A stretch of 64,000 bases of DNA from an uncultured Alphaproteobacteria bacterium (GCA_963712195.1 CAVQHB010000014.1:10669-74668), one strand, 5' to 3'; positions 8,934 through 20,952 are shown, counted from the stretch's first letter. The notes: a model not told the origin generated them from the sequence alone. Numbers and translations: made by a program.

Positions 8934-10829
8934 ATGATAAAATGTTTTGACGGAATTTCAATTGCCCGACGGTTCACGCTAATGTTTTTGGCGGCGCTTG
9001 CGTTAATGGCTTCTGGCACCGGGTTAGCGTTGTTGCATAGCTATGATCTGGATGTGGCCGACAAGAAGACCGAGATACGAAACCTCCTGGAAAGTGCACA
9101 GTCCATCACCGAGCATTACGTGGCTGAAGCGCAGAGCGGGGCACTGACCACACAGGCCGCGCAAGTCCAGGCGTTGGCTGCGCTTTCGGCCATTCGGTAT
9201 GACAAGGATAACGCGGTTATTGTTGTCCAAAACAACGGTACAATCCTAGCGGATCAGAATTCCGCATTGATTGGCACAAATCAGTGGGATTTGGCTGATG
9301 CAGGAGGAAGGCTAATCTACCAGCCGCTGATTGAATCGGCCATCGCCGGAAAGCCTGAATACAATCATTACGATATGCCAGATGAATCGGGGTCAACCGC
9401 GGTGCCGACAATGGCACTGGCTTTGCCTGTGCCACAGTGGAACTGGGTGATTGGCACGGGGTTTAACGTGAATGGCATCTACACGGATATGTTGCATTAT
9501 TCGCTGGGCTTGGCTGAGGTCTTCGCGCCACTGCTGTTCGCATACATGGTGGTGGTCGTGTTAACGCTTCGGCGGCAAACTGGACTTTTAAACGGGCTTT
9601 CCGATGCGATGCGGAAGCTTGCGACTGGCGTGCTGGAAACGGAAGTGCCGGCCGCTGAGCGAGGCGATGAAATCGGCGATATGGCCCGCGCCGTTGTGGT
9701 ATTCAAGGATAACGCCCTTGAAAGGCGGCGCCTGGAAACCGAGGCGAAGTCGCAACGAGATCGGATTGAGGAGGAGCGCAAGCACCACGAGGCCGCGCAA
9801 GCTGCTGCCACCGAACACCAGGCGTTTGTTGTCAGATCCCTCGCAACGGGCTTGGAAAAGCTTTCCGGGGGTGATTTGCAGTTCCGTCTGGGCAAGCCTT
9901 TTGGCCAAGAATACGAAAAGCTGCGTGGCGATTTCAACATCGCTATGGACAAGCTCCAGGAGACCATGAAAGCGATTGCAGCCGAGATGCAAGGCGTGAG
10001 GTCCGGTGCGGGCGAAATCTCCCAAGCGACAGATGATCTGTCCCGCCGTACAGAGCAACAGGCCGCCACACTAGAAGAGACGGCCGCCGCCATGGATCAG
10101 ATCACTGCGACGGTTCGCCAGACGGCGGCGCACACGAACGACGCCCGCAATGCCGTCTCGGCCGCCAAGTCCGACGCCGAGTCTTCCGGGGAAGTCGTGC
10201 GTGAGGCGGTGAAAGCCATGGGCGGAATCGAGGCATCGTCCAAGCAAATCAGCCATATCATTGGCGTGATAGACGAGATCGCATTCCAGACCAACCTACT
10301 GGCGCTGAACGCCGGCATCGAGGCGGCGCGAGCTGGCGATGCCGGGCGCGGTTTTGCGGTGGTTGCTACCGAAGTGCGCGCACTTGCGCAACGCTCCGCC
10401 GGGGCGGCCAAAGAGATCAAAGCCCTGATTGCAGATTCCAGCCAGCAGGTTGATGCTGGCGTTAAACTGGTGGATGGGGCCGGCAAAGCGCTCGAGCGCA
10501 TCGTCGAACAAGTGCTAAGGCTGAACGACCTGGTCGGCAATATCGCCACAGCCGCGCAGGAGCAGGCAACTGGCCTCAGTCAGGTGAATGCCGCAATTAA
10601 CCAGATGGACCAGGTGACCCAGCAGAACGCCGCGATGGTCGAGCAATCGACCGCCGCCAGTAGCAGTTTGGTTCACGAAACTGAGGAACTCGCCCGTCTC
10701 ATCGGTCAGTTCCGCGTTGGCCAGGACGACAAAATTTGGGTAACGAGCAGGTTGGAAAGCAGGGCCACGCCGACAAAAGTCATCCACCAGCTTACACCCC
10801 CGGACACCGTCGTTTCTTTGGTGTCCTGA
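8934..10829 (+). CDS. Transmembrane MCP with single Cache-like periplasmic domain and HAMP domains
   Basis: Two TM segments, WNWVIGTG Cache end, RGDEIGDMARAV HAMP, MCP hairpin. Confidence 0.9.
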   Translation: MIKCFDGISIARRFTLMFLAALALMASGTGLALLHSYDLDVADKKTEIRNLLESAQSITEHYVAEAQSGALTTQAAQVQALAALSAIRYDKDNAVIVVQNNGTILADQNSALIGTNQWDLADAGGRLIYQPLIESAIAGKPEYNHYDMPDESGSTAVPTMALALPVPQWNWVIGTGFNVNGIYTDMLHYSLGLAEVFAPLLFAYMVVVVLTLRRQTGLLNGLSDAMRKLATGVLETEVPAAERGDEIGDMARAVVVFKDNALERRRLETEAKSQRDRIEEERKHHEAAQAAATEHQAFVVRSLATGLEKLSGGDLQFRLGKPFGQEYEKLRGDFNIAMDKLQETMKAIAAEMQGVRSGAGEISQATDDLSRRTEQQAATLEETAAAMDQITATVRQTAAHTNDARNAVSAAKSDAESSGEVVREAVKAMGGIEASSKQISHIIGVIDEIAFQTNLLALNAGIEAARAGDAGRGFAVVATEVRALAQRSAGAAKEIKALIADSSQQVDAGVKLVDGAGKALERIVEQVLRLNDLVGNIATAAQEQATGLSQVNAAINQMDQVTQQNAAMVEQSTAASSSLVHETEELARLIGQFRVGQDDKIWVTSRLESRATPTKVIHQLTPPDTVVSLVS

Positions 10830-11180
10830 AAAGGAGCGGCGACTTATAATCAACAAGGCTGTTTGATACGGAGCCCGGCTCGCCGCCCTGCCACGGCGGA
10901 TATCCATCCCCCGGCTGACCATTTGGCTGAACGGGCGTTTTCATGGAATCCGCCTATTGGGGACCAATCAGCCACTGTTCAGAGCGTCGGCAGGCGCGAA
11001 CGCAGATGGGAAAATTCCTGTCGCAACAAGCGCGCGGAAGGGCCCTTTATCGCCTTGACCAGGCGATGAATGCCCAATTGCCAAATTGCGGATCGACATC
11101 CACCAATAGATGCACATGGTCAGGCATGGTTTCGACTTCAATAACGGGACAGTCCATCTCAGATGCAATTTTGGCACTGC
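10830..11180 (-). pseudogene. IS200/IS605 remnant (decayed tnpA and end-like sequence)
   Basis: Frameshifted VIEVETMPDHVHLLVDVDPQFG and LRQEFSHLRSRLPTL; ATCCATCCCCCGGCTGA end-like motif near 10900. Confidence 0.7.
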
Positions 11181-11421
11181 CTGGCGCAGCGCCGCAGCCA
11201 TGATGTCTGCTGTGTTTTGGGCAATGTAAGGGGCTAGCCGACCTCAGTGAGGCCACCGTTGGCCTCACTGAACGATTGGTTCGGCGCCATTAACGGGGGC
11301 TTGGCGCAAGCGGCGAACAACGAGTTCAAATACTCTATTACAGGTTGTTTTACAGGTTGTTTTGCGCAATGCCGGATACGCTAAGGGCAATCGTGCGGGA
11401 AAAGAATTTTTGATCTGGCAG

Positions 11422-11448
11422 GAAAACTTTTGAAAGAGCATTCGAATA
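11422..11448 (+). promoter_or_regulatory. Putative sigma28-like promoter GAAAACTT-N11-TTCGAATA
   Basis: Motif copy 2. Confidence 0.55.
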
Positions 11449-11620
11449 TTAATATCACCACAACTGTTCGGATATTAGGCGATTCGCAATCCTCGGGGAT
11501 CGCCAACAAGGAGTGTCTGCCATTGGCTCGGCGTCGGTTACTTGAGGGGATGAGGGGGCCACGACCGGAGACATTTCATTTGTCCATTGTTGGCGGGGGC
11601 GATCATGAGAACTTTTCCAT

Positions 11621-12250
11621 TTGGCTGAAAAGTTTTCGAGCTTTTGGCGTTTTTTTGTGCTTATCGTCGCTTTCCGTGAGACCGGCGCCATGTGGGTGAT
11701 TGGCGCCAACTATGAGCGGTTGATCGACAATCAGGTCCAGGTACGGCCTAAAATGGGCCGGGCCCAACTGGCCATCTCTACCGTCCATGCCGAGATGAGT
11801 GATCCTCAACTTTCCCAGGCGGCAAGCAGGGATGCGGCCGTGGTTGCTATCTCGCAAAACGACACGAACTTCAAAAGCATCATGGGCCGGGCGGCGGCTC
11901 CGGCCCATGAGAATGCATCCAATATTCTGGCACTCAAGTCTCGCGGCACCCAAATTATTGATAATGACCGCGACAATGCCGTGAACCTGCGCCGAGCCGC
12001 TGCGGCTTCCGGCGATTTTTTGAACACGCGGGCAGTCTCTAACAGCGAGCGCACCCGCAATTTCGTGAGCACGATCACTGATATTGCGACCACAATAGAC
12101 CGTCTTAACAACGCTCTACAGAAACGCCGACGGCGCACACGCCTCAGCGGGCCTCAGGCGTACTGTCCGCTGGGGCGCCGCCCCCGGCTGCAGCCAGAAC
12201 CAATACGCAGGAAGATTGGGACGATTTTAACGATGGTTCAGACAAAGTGA
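11621..12250 (+). pseudogene. Probable decayed N-terminal sensor region of a chemoreceptor
   Basis: Hydrophobic start then helical sequence, downstream of the motif, no signalling domain; weak call. Confidence 0.35.
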
Positions 12251-12297
12251 AAGATTGATATTAGAACATGGAAGATCTTGGACACGCTCAAGACAAT

Positions 12298-12571
12298 ATG
12301 AAACTGCCTGCGATCCTTGACATGACAGCCGCCGCGCCGCTGAAGGATGCGTTGCTGTCGCGCAGGGGGCACGACATTCAGATAGATGGCGCCGATGTTC
12401 AGCGCCTTGGCGCTCAGTGTTTGCAGGTGCTGTTGGCTGCTCGGACAACGTGGGATTTCAGACGGTCACAGCTTGCTGATCACGAGTTGTTCCATGGAGC
12501 TTATCGCGGCGCTGGAGCTCTTTGGCGTTGCGCCAGAAACATTAACCCGTATTCCCCCGATGGCGGCTTAA
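12298..12571 (+). pseudogene. STAS-domain chemotaxis protein (alphaproteobacterial CheX/CheS type), frameshifted near 12452
   Basis: LPAILDMTAAAPL...IDGADVQRLGAQCLQVLLAARTTW continues as DGHSLLITSCSMELIAALELFG in another frame. Confidence 0.8.
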
Positions 12572-12625
12572 ATTGGTGGAACATTTGACTGAATATAGTT
12601 ATAAATCAGCTGGATAGCTATAGGA

Positions 12626-13168
12626 TTGTGGAATTTGATTGGCTTGGCTGCAGGTGAAACGAATTGGGGTGATATTCGGATCGGATTTGACCAACGATTG
12701 AAGCTCGAATGCCACGGCTCTCGCATCACCTGCGATGCGAGTCTTCTTCCATTCCGAGACATCGATGATGTGCTGGGTCTGGCCGGGGCCGCTACGCTAT
12801 CGGATGTTAGCACCGACAAGAATGGTCGCAACTCTCTTGTTGCTCAGTTCCGGCAATCGCCGTTTGGGCGCGTGGCTGGGCACGAAGATGTCAATGACGC
12901 GGACCGCCTGGCAAGGGACCCGGCGATACGCTGGAACGTTGGCGGTCGCGCTGTTGCAAACCATTCAGCTTCCACGAGGCAGACGCCACGGTTCGAATCG
13001 GAGGTTTTGAGGCCAGATGAAAATCCGTCAACTCCGTCGACTCCGTCGACTCTGACGGATCTGTCGGAGCGGTGGATAGATGCTGCATGTTCCTCCTGCA
13101 TTACCAAAGCTGTGGTGCAGAAATCTAGACGGCAGTGTCAGCCACTCATCCGGGAGGCGTCGGTTTAG
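12626..13168 (+). pseudogene. IS1380 family transposase remnant with internal deletion
   Basis: FDQRLKLECHGSRITCDASLLPFRD, RVAGHEDVNDADRLARDPAIR; end-like CATCCGGGAGGCGTCGG. Confidence 0.8.
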
Positions 13169-13265
13169 CTGTTGTGCCGGGGAAGGAGATCTTCGGTCAA
13201 AAGAGTGGCTTCATTGAAAATCCGGAAAAACCGCAAAAATTTTTCAGTTTAAAGTAGGTCTCAAT

Positions 13266-15077
13266 ATGTTTGGTTTAAATTTTTCTTCCGGATCGAATGC
13301 CAAAGCGATCCTTGAGGCTCTCAATCACTCCCTGGGCATCATTGAGTTCAGCGCGGATGGAAAAGTGCTTTCGGCGAACGAAAATTTTTGCAAGATCATG
13401 GGCTACAGCCTTTCAGAAATCAAAGGTCGACATCACAGTTTATTCATCGAGTCTAATTATGCGCATAGTACGGAATATAAAGCATTCTGGGCGAAGCTCA
13501 AACGTGGTGAGTATGACGCGCAGGAGTACAAACGTATCGGGAAAGGCGGAAAAGAGGTCTGGATTCAGGCATCTTATAATCCTATAAAAAATTCACGAGG
13601 CGTCGTTCTTAAGATTGTCAAACAAGCAACCGACATCACCGCCGAGAAACTCAAGAATGTAGAAGCACAGGGAATCACTGATGCGATTTCACGTGTTCAG
13701 GCTATCATTGAATTCACAACAAGTGGTGAAATCATTACCGCCAATGAAAATTTCTTGAACGCGATCGGCTACCGTCTCGACGAAATCAAAGGAAAGCACC
13801 ATCGTCTTTTTGTCGATCACGACTATGCGCACTCCTCCGATTACCAGGACTTTTGGCGAAGGCTGAACGCCGGCGAGTACGTCGCCGCGGAGTTCAAGCG
13901 CATCGGCAAGGGAGGAAAGGAGATTTGGCTTCACGCTTCATACAATCCAATTTTGAATGCAGACAATAAGGTAATGAAGATCATCAAATTCGCTACCGAT
14001 GTTACCGAACGTGTGCGAACCACGAACGACATAGCAACGGGGCTCACTGAGTTGGCGGGCAACAATCTTGAATTTCGTATTGCAAAGGCTTTCAGCCAGG
14101 AGTTCGAGCCGCTTCGGTTAAATTTCAATTTATCGCTCGAGAAGTTGCAAGCGACGATGCAGGCGATCGCCCACAACACCCAAGGCGTGCGGTCGGGAGC
14201 AGGAGAGATCACTCAGGCGTCGGATGATCTGTCGCGCCGCACCGAGCAGCAGGCTGCCAGCCTGGAGGAAACCGCCGCGGCGCTGGATCAGATCACTGCA
14301 ACGGTGCGCAAGACCGCCGAAGGCGCGAACGAGGCCCGCAGCGCCGCGGCTACGGCCAAGACCGATGCCGAGAACTCCGGCGAGGTCGTGCGTGAAACCG
14401 TGAGTGCGATGAGCGGGATTGAAACATCGTCCCGGCAAATCGCCAACATCATCGGGGTGATCGACGAAATCGCCTTCCAGACCAATCTGCTGGCGCTGAA
14501 TGCCGGGGTCGAGGCGGCGCGGGCGGGCGATGCCGGGCGGGGGTTTGCCGTGGTGGCCACCGAGGTGCGGGCTCTAGCACAACGCTCAGCCGATGCCGCC
14601 AAAGAGATCAAGGCGCTGATCTCGGCGTCCAGCCTGCAGGTCGACGCTGGCGTGAAGCTGGTGGGTGAGACCGGCAAGGCGCTGGGTCGCATTGTCGAGC
14701 AGGTGGCCAAGCTGAACGGTCTGATCAGCGACATCGCCGCTTCCGCGCAGGAGCAAGCCACCGGGCTCAATCAGGTGAACACGGCCGTGAACCAGATGGA
14801 CCAGACGACGCAGCAGAATGCCGCGATGGTGGAGCAATCGACCGCAGCAAGCCATAACCTAGCAGGGGAGGCTGAGGAGCTGGCGCGTCTGGTCGGGCAG
14901 TTCAAGACCGGTCAGATTGTTGAGATTCAGACCGCAAAGTCGCAAGCCCGTAGGAGCCTGCCGAAAGCGCGCACGGCACAGCGTGGCGCTGAGAACAAGG
15001 CTGTTGCCATGGTGCGTCAGGATGCTACGCCACGGGCCGCCATGGCCGGTGTGCAAGAAATCTGGGACGAGTTCTGA
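13266..15077 (+). CDS. Soluble MCP with two PAS-PAC domains and C-terminal IWDEF pentapeptide
   Basis: Two repeats of IIEF...ANENF...FW..L..GEY...KRIGKGGKE.W..ASYNPI; MCP hairpin. Confidence 0.93.
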   Translation: MFGLNFSSGSNAKAILEALNHSLGIIEFSADGKVLSANENFCKIMGYSLSEIKGRHHSLFIESNYAHSTEYKAFWAKLKRGEYDAQEYKRIGKGGKEVWIQASYNPIKNSRGVVLKIVKQATDITAEKLKNVEAQGITDAISRVQAIIEFTTSGEIITANENFLNAIGYRLDEIKGKHHRLFVDHDYAHSSDYQDFWRRLNAGEYVAAEFKRIGKGGKEIWLHASYNPILNADNKVMKIIKFATDVTERVRTTNDIATGLTELAGNNLEFRIAKAFSQEFEPLRLNFNLSLEKLQATMQAIAHNTQGVRSGAGEITQASDDLSRRTEQQAASLEETAAALDQITATVRKTAEGANEARSAAATAKTDAENSGEVVRETVSAMSGIETSSRQIANIIGVIDEIAFQTNLLALNAGVEAARAGDAGRGFAVVATEVRALAQRSADAAKEIKALISASSLQVDAGVKLVGETGKALGRIVEQVAKLNGLISDIAASAQEQATGLNQVNTAVNQMDQTTQQNAAMVEQSTAASHNLAGEAEELARLVGQFKTGQIVEIQTAKSQARRSLPKARTAQRGAENKAVAMVRQDATPRAAMAGVQEIWDEF

Positions 15078-15234
15078 TTGGGATCATACCGTAAGGCGCT
15101 TCCTACCACATTGATGACCAACGCAGTCAGCGACGATACATGCGGATACAAAATCAGGAATTTGCCGTGAGAACCATGGCAAATTCCGTTCAAATGCTTA
15201 ATCTCGGATTAATATATCGCAGGGAGTCTGTGCT

Positions 15235-15600
15235 CTGATTACCACCGTTCTTACCGTCGATGATTCTCGAACCATGAGGGATATGCTCAAGCACTCCCTC
15301 GTACATGCCGGGTTTAAAGTTCTGCAGGCAGAAGACGGCGTGCAGGGACTTGAAGTTCTAGCAAGTGAACGACCGGATGTCATCATAACTGACATCAACA
15401 TGCCTCGCCTTGACGGCTTCGGTTTCATTGAAGCCGTACGTCGTGATGCGGCATTGCGGACGATGCCCGTACTCGTACTGACCACCGAAGCAGATGCTGA
15501 GAAGAAAAGCCGCGCAAAATCGGCTGGCGCCACCGGTTGGATTGTAAAGCCTTTTGATCCAGTAAAGCTGATCGACGCAATTCGTCGCGTTGCGACTTAG
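15235..15600 (+). CDS. cheY: Response regulator CheY (probable CTG start)
   Basis: VLTVDDS lies upstream of the track ATG (15274); ITDINMP, LTTE, GWIVKPF; AGGGAG 8 nt before CTG 15235. Confidence 0.9.
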   Translation: MITTVLTVDDSRTMRDMLKHSLVHAGFKVLQAEDGVQGLEVLASERPDVIITDINMPRLDGFGFIEAVRRDAALRTMPVLVLTTEADAEKKSRAKSAGATGWIVKPFDPVKLIDAIRRVAT

Positions 15601-15618
15601 GTCTGGGAGATCGAAACC

Positions 15619-17892
15619 TTGGATTCTATGGCAGCTATCCGCGATACCTTTTTCCAAGAATGCGAAGAGCAACTCGCGGAACTTGAAAATGGGTTGACAC
15701 TCATTGAAGGCGAAACCGCCGACGCGGCAACGGTCAATGGTGTATTCCGCGCAGTTCACTCAATTAAGGGTGGTGCAGGCATATTTGCTCTGGATGGGCT
15801 TGTGCGCTTCGCCCATGTATTCGAGTCGACACTCGATGTGATCCGCGCAGGACGCCTGCATACCACCCCGGCGGTGGTAAAAACCCTTCTGCAAGCTGCC
15901 GACGTGCTCGCAGATCTGGTGCGGGCCGCAAGAGAAGGTGGAGTGGTCGATGAGGCTCGGACACAAATACTAGTTGCGGAACTCACGGCACTGACTTCTG
16001 CTCCGACGAGCAATAACACCGCCGGTGCCGTTCAGACCAACGATACAAATAACAGCCCTGCTGACAAGGTGGCTCAGTTGGCGCCTGTCTCATCTGAACT
16101 TGATGTGACCTCATCAGAACATGTCTGGTATATCAGGTTCAAACCCACTTCCGGCCTCTATGCCAAAGCAAATGAGGCAGCGCTGCTGTTGCGTGAATTA
16201 GCTCGATTGGGACAGCTCACTGTCACGCTAGATGCCACCCTGCTGCCAGATTTGACCGAACTCGACCCAGAGGGTGCATATCTGATATGGAACGTCGCTC
16301 TCCGTGCCGATTGTGACGAGGCTACAGTTCGCGAGGTGTTCGAATTCGTTGAGGACGACTGTGAACTTGAAATTCATCTGAAGTCATCCTCTCTGAATAG
16401 TGACATCGCGGCGGACATCCAGGCCGAATCAAGTGTTGCGCCCGACGCGATGGCTGGTTTCGAGCTATTCCACAACACAGAGGCTGGTGCAGGTTTTGAG
16501 TTTTTTTCGGCGCCAGCGCCTGGTCAAGGATTTGAGTTTTTTCCGCCCCAAGAGTCACATCACGTTATTGCGTCAGGGCATGACAAAGACTTATGCGCGC
16601 CTGCCACTCCGCCTGCACCGCGTCACCCGGTAGAAGCACCGGCGGTAAAAGCCGAGACTCCGGCCGCGGTAAATGCGACCATTCGCGTAGACCTTGATCG
16701 AGTTGACCGTATGATCGATCTGGTTGGCGAACTGGTAATCAACGGAGCCATGTTGAGCCAGCGCGTGCTCGAAGCGGGCATGACCAACGCCTCTGGCGTG
16801 GCCATGGCGTTGGAACAACTGGAGCACCTAACCCACGATATCCAGGACAGCGTGATGGCCATTCGGGCTCAACCGGTCCAGTCGGTATTTCAACGGATGC
16901 CTCGTTTAGTCCGCGAGCTAGCGGGCAAGACCGGTAAACAAGTCCGCCTACTGACCGAAGGTGAGGGGACCGAGGTCGACAAGACGGTACTCGAACGCAT
17001 TTCTGACCCGCTCACACACATGATTCGGAATGCAATCGATCACGGGCTTAAATCGCCAGATGACAGGATTGCTGCTGGGAAACCCGTTGAGGGTGTGGTT
17101 AGGTTGAGTGCCCTGCATCGCTCGGGCCAAATCATAATTGAAGTAACCGATGATGGCGCTGGTATCAACCGTGCGCGGGTTAAGGAAAAGGCGGTGGAAA
17201 AAGGGCTAATCGCTGCCGAAGCTCTACTCACCGATGATGAGATCGATAATCTTCTTTTCCTGCCTGGTTTCTCCACCGCCAGCGCAGTCTCTGACATCTC
17301 AGGAAGAGGTGTCGGAATGGATGTCGTGCGGCAATCGGTACAGGCGTTGGGTGGTCGCATCTCTATTGCCTCGCGTCCAGGATTTGGTTCGACCTTCACG
17401 CTCAGCCTACCTCTCACGCTGGCCGTGTTGGATGGCATGGTGGTGCAAGTCTCGGGGCATACATTAATCGTTCCGCTCGGGGCAATTTTGGAGACACTAC
17501 AACCTCGTCAAACAGATGTTCATCATTTGGACAGCGAAATTCGGGTGCTTGCTCTACGAGGCGGCTACATGCCCATCGTCGATGTCGCGTTAACGTTGGG
17601 CTACAGCACGCAGCCTTTGCAACCAGCCCAATCGGTGGCACTTTTGGTAGAAGCTGAAGGGGGAGCGCGCGCTGTTTTACTGGTGGATGATATCCATGGT
17701 CAGCGCCAGGTGGTAATAAAGAGCCTGGAAACAAATTACCGTCCCGTTCCCGGTATCGCTGCTGCGACCGTTATGGGGGACGGACGGGTAGCATTGATTC
17801 TCGATGTTGATGCGATGGTATCCAGTATGCGAGTTGATGCAATACGACCGGATCAACGCCTTTCAGAAACATCTATGTTAAAAGCGAGCTAA
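15619..17892 (+). CDS. cheA: Chemotaxis histidine kinase CheA
   Basis: Hpt [13 protein letters not shown]2, [35 protein letters not shown]-terminal CheW-like domain. Confidence 0.97.
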   Translation: MDSMAAIRDTFFQECEEQLAELENGLTLIEGETADAATVNGVFRAVHSIKGGAGIFALDGLVRFAHVFESTLDVIRAGRLHTTPAVVKTLLQAADVLADLVRAAREGGVVDEARTQILVAELTALTSAPTSNNTAGAVQTNDTNNSPADKVAQLAPVSSELDVTSSEHVWYIRFKPTSGLYAKANEAALLLRELARLGQLTVTLDATLLPDLTELDPEGAYLIWNVALRADCDEATVREVFEFVEDDCELEIHLKSSSLNSDIAADIQAESSVAPDAMAGFELFHNTEAGAGFEFFSAPAPGQGFEFFPPQESHHVIASGHDKDLCAPATPPAPRHPVEAPAVKAETPAAVNATIRVDLDRVDRMIDLVGELVINGAMLSQRVLEAGMTNASGVAMALEQLEHLTHDIQDSVMAIRAQPVQSVFQRMPRLVRELAGKTGKQVRLLTEGEGTEVDKTVLERISDPLTHMIRNAIDHGLKSPDDRIAAGKPVEGVVRLSALHRSGQIIIEVTDDGAGINRARVKEKAVEKGLIAAEALLTDDEIDNLLFLPGFSTASAVSDISGRGVGMDVVRQSVQALGGRISIASRPGFGSTFTLSLPLTLAVLDGMVVQVSGHTLIVPLGAILETLQPRQTDVHHLDSEIRVLALRGGYMPIVDVALTLGYSTQPLQPAQSVALLVEAEGGARAVLLVDDIHGQRQVVIKSLETNYRPVPGIAAATVMGDGRVALILDVDAMVSSMRVDAIRPDQRLSETSMLKAS

Positions 17893-17896
17893 AATC

Positions 17897-18361
17897 ATGA
17901 GTCAGTGGTTGAATGATGGAGCATCCGTAAGGGAATTGATGGCGTTTCGAATTGGCGTTCAAGAATTTTGTATTGATATTATGGCCGTGCGAGAAATCCG
18001 CGGGTGGACTACGGTTACAGCACTGCCAAAATCACCGCCGTACATCCGCGGTGTCATCAATCTTCGCGGTGCCGTGCTCCCCATTGTGGATCTCGCGATA
18101 CGTTTTGGCCTGGCAAACACAGAACCCACAGAGCGCCATGTGATCATTGTCGTGGACATTAGCCGCCAACAGATTGGGCTTCTGGTCGATGCGGTATCAG
18201 AAATATTAGATATGACCGATAAAACTATCCAAGCCACTCCAGATGTTGCGTCGGATACTGTCAAAACCTTTGTGCGTGGCTTGCTTCCGGTGGATGGCAG
18301 GATGATCAGCCTGATTGCGCTAGATCATGTGCTGCCGATCGATGAACTCGAAGCCGCCTGA
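17897..18361 (+). CDS. cheW: CheW
   Basis: [22 protein letters not shown]. Confidence 0.95.
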   Translation: MSQWLNDGASVRELMAFRIGVQEFCIDIMAVREIRGWTTVTALPKSPPYIRGVINLRGAVLPIVDLAIRFGLANTEPTERHVIIVVDISRQQIGLLVDAVSEILDMTDKTIQATPDVASDTVKTFVRGLLPVDGRMISLIALDHVLPIDELEAA

Positions 18362-18366
18362 CTACG

Positions 18367-19251
18367 ATGACCACTCTCTACACGGCACAGCCGCATGTCC
18401 AAAGTTTGGTCGACAACGGTGAGTTTTCACTGACCGCCAAGGATTTTCGCATCATTGCTACCATTATGCGGTCTGACGCGGGTATTGCGCTGCAGGAAAA
18501 CAAGGCGAGTTTGGTTTATTCACGGCTGGCCAAGCGGTTGCGGGCACTCGGGTTGAAGAGTTTTAATGACTACTGCGCACTGGTTGTAAGTTCCACTGGC
18601 CATGACGAACGCGAGGCCATGATCGCAGCACTAACGACCAACGTTACGCGGTTCTTTCGTGAGCCGCACCATTTTGAACACCTGCAAACAATAATGCTGC
18701 CACGCATGATCGCCAATGCAAAGCAGGGTAAGCGGGTGCGACTTTGGTCCGCCGCCTGCTCCAGTGGTCAGGAGCCTTACTCTATGGCCCTTGTCTTGTT
18801 GTCGCTACTGCCGGATGCCGTAAATTACGACATTAAAATTTTGGCCACCGATATTGATGCCACTATGATTGAACTAGCCAAGTCTGGCATCTATCCGCCG
18901 GACGCAGTTTCCGCAGTGCCTCTCGCGCTCCGGAATCGTTGGTTCGTGCCTATTGATGACGGGACGGGATCGATGCGCGTTACCGATGAGTTGCGGGCCA
19001 TCGTGACATTTCGAAAGCTGAATCTCATCGGAGATTGGCCAATGCACGGAAAGTTCGATGTCGTTTTTTGTCGTAATGTGGTCATCTATTTTGACGATGA
19101 TACGCAATCGGCGATCTGGTCACGAATAGCCCCATTACTTGATACGGAAGGTGTACTCTATATTGGGCATTCAGAACGTGTGGCGGGACCAGCGGCGCTG
19201 ACACTCCGAAGTGATGGTGTTACGACATATCGTCCCATTAAAGTTGCCTGA
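18367..19251 (+). CDS. cheR: Chemotaxis methyltransferase CheR
   Basis: TTNVTRFFRE, WSAACSSGQEPYS, FCRNVVIYF, IGHSE. Confidence 0.97.
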   Translation: MTTLYTAQPHVQSLVDNGEFSLTAKDFRIIATIMRSDAGIALQENKASLVYSRLAKRLRALGLKSFNDYCALVVSSTGHDEREAMIAALTTNVTRFFREPHHFEHLQTIMLPRMIANAKQGKRVRLWSAACSSGQEPYSMALVLLSLLPDAVNYDIKILATDIDATMIELAKSGIYPPDAVSAVPLALRNRWFVPIDDGTGSMRVTDELRAIVTFRKLNLIGDWPMHGKFDVVFCRNVVIYFDDDTQSAIWSRIAPLLDTEGVLYIGHSERVAGPAALTLRSDGVTTYRPIKVA

Positions 19252-19259
19252 GTACTTAG

Positions 19260-20288
19260 ATGACCACTCGAGTTCTTGTAGTTGATGATTCCCCCACTAT
19301 GCGTGATCTGATAACGGCGACATTATGCGCCAATTCGGAGATCGAAGTTGTAGGCCATGCGGCTGACCCGTATGAAGCGCGTCAGGCGATCAAAAGCTTA
19401 TACCCAGATGTGATTACGCTTGACATCGAGATGCCCAACATGAATGGGTTGGAATTTCTCGATAAAATCATGCGTCTTCGTCCAACCCCGGTTATCATGG
19501 TTTCATCGCTAACGCAGCAAGGTGCTGACGTTAATCTTCGGGCGCTCGAAATCGGTGCATTCGATTGTGTTGCCAAACCTTCTCCCGGGAATCTTCACAG
19601 CTTTGAATTGCTCGCAGAAAAGGTGAAGGCTGCGGCCCAGTGGCGCAGGAAGACGTTTACCCGACCCGCGCGCAACTCCGCACCAAGCGTTGATTTTATG
19701 CCGGATGGTCGTATCATCGCCATCGGATCTTCCACTGGTGGCGTTGAGGCGCTGATTTCTATCCTCTCGCATTTTCCCGTCAATTGCCCACCGACTTTGA
19801 TCACCCAACATATGCCAAGCAGCTTTACCAAGAGCTTTGCTGCTCGGCTGGACAAGCTTTGTGCACCAACGGTCACTGAGGCCACGGATGGCGTGCCAAT
19901 TCTGCGCGGTCACATCTATCTCGCCCCAGGTGACGCCCACCTAGAGATGGTTTACGCAAAAGAGCTGTGTTGTCGGCTTAGTGGAGCGCCCCCAGTGAAT
20001 GGTCATCGTCCCTCAGTCGATGTCATGTTCTCCTCGGTTTTGCGGACCGTTGGAAAAAAAGCGATTGGCGTAATTCTCACCGGTATGGGGCGCGATGGTG
20101 CCGAAGGACTGCTTGCTCTTCGTCAGGCCGGTGGGGAAACGATTGGCCAAGATGAAGCAAGCTGCGTCGTCTACGGTATGCCAAAAGTCGCATTTGAAAT
20201 TGGGGCGGTTGCGCGGCAATTGCCGTTAGACAAGATCGCGCCATACCTGTTGCTGGCCTGCAACGATAAGCGCAAAGTTAAAGCGTGA
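19260..20288 (+). CDS. cheB: Chemotaxis methylesterase CheB
   Basis: REC domain, [17 protein letters not shown]. Confidence 0.97.
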   Translation: MTTRVLVVDDSPTMRDLITATLCANSEIEVVGHAADPYEARQAIKSLYPDVITLDIEMPNMNGLEFLDKIMRLRPTPVIMVSSLTQQGADVNLRALEIGAFDCVAKPSPGNLHSFELLAEKVKAAAQWRRKTFTRPARNSAPSVDFMPDGRIIAIGSSTGGVEALISILSHFPVNCPPTLITQHMPSSFTKSFAARLDKLCAPTVTEATDGVPILRGHIYLAPGDAHLEMVYAKELCCRLSGAPPVNGHRPSVDVMFSSVLRTVGKKAIGVILTGMGRDGAEGLLALRQAGGETIGQDEASCVVYGMPKVAFEIGAVARQLPLDKIAPYLLLACNDKRKVKA

Positions 20289-20373
20289 TTATCCATGTCT
20301 AATACCTTACAATGATTGTCCTAAATGGTCCTCACTCAAAGCGCCGCCTTGGCCCCACACCAAGAGTATTGAC

Positions 20374-20952
20374 ATGAGCGGATTGCAATTTTTCCCTCCG
20401 GAGAAAGGTCGACGTGTTTATATTGTCCAGGGGGAGCAATATATTGATGATCATCCGGAAACAATGATTACGACTATTTTGGGTTCCTGCATCGCCGCCT
20501 GTTTGTGGGATCCCTCGATTGGCCTTGGGGGTATGAACCACTTTCTCCTCCCCGGCGAGGACGCGGGAGCTGAATTGCTTTACCCGGTTGGGAACTCAAT
20601 GCGCTACGGTGTGTATGCAATGGAGCTCTTGGTGAATTGCCTGTTGCAAAGAGGTGCTCAGCGGAAAAACCTGCGCGCTAAACTGTTCGGCGGTGCTCGC
20701 ATGATGAGTGGGTTAACCAATATAGGTGACCTTAACGCGTCCTTTGCGGAGCATTTTTTGAGAACCGAAGGTATCATGGTGATAGGTGGTAGTGTGCGAG
20801 GGGACCGTGGCCGCAGGATCCAATTCTGGCCCGCATCTGGTCGGGCACGGCAAGTGATGCTTCGCGTCGAAAATAATTCACCATTTGCGGCAGAGCGCGA
20901 CACCCCACTGCCGTCGCCACTCGTCTCTCCCGGGACGGTCGAGTTGTTTTAG
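20374..20952 (+). CDS. cheD: Chemoreceptor glutamine deamidase CheD
   Basis: TILGSCIAAC, GGMNHFLLP, AKLFGG. Confidence 0.95.
   Translation: MSGLQFFPPEKGRRVYIVQGEQYIDDHPETMITTILGSCIAACLWDPSIGLGGMNHFLLPGEDAGAELLYPVGNSMRYGVYAMELLVNCLLQRGAQRKNLRAKLFGGARMMSGLTNIGDLNASFAEHFLRTEGIMVIGGSVRGDRGRRIQFWPASGRARQVMLRVENNSPFAAERDTPLPSPLVSPGTVELF

Noticed and set aside
11338-11364. Tandem duplication TTACAGGTTGTT x2
   Set aside because: Only two units, with no recurrence or context
13024-13052. 9-bp tandem repeat CCGTC(A/G)ACT x3
   Set aside because: Slippage inside a dead IS1380 remnant
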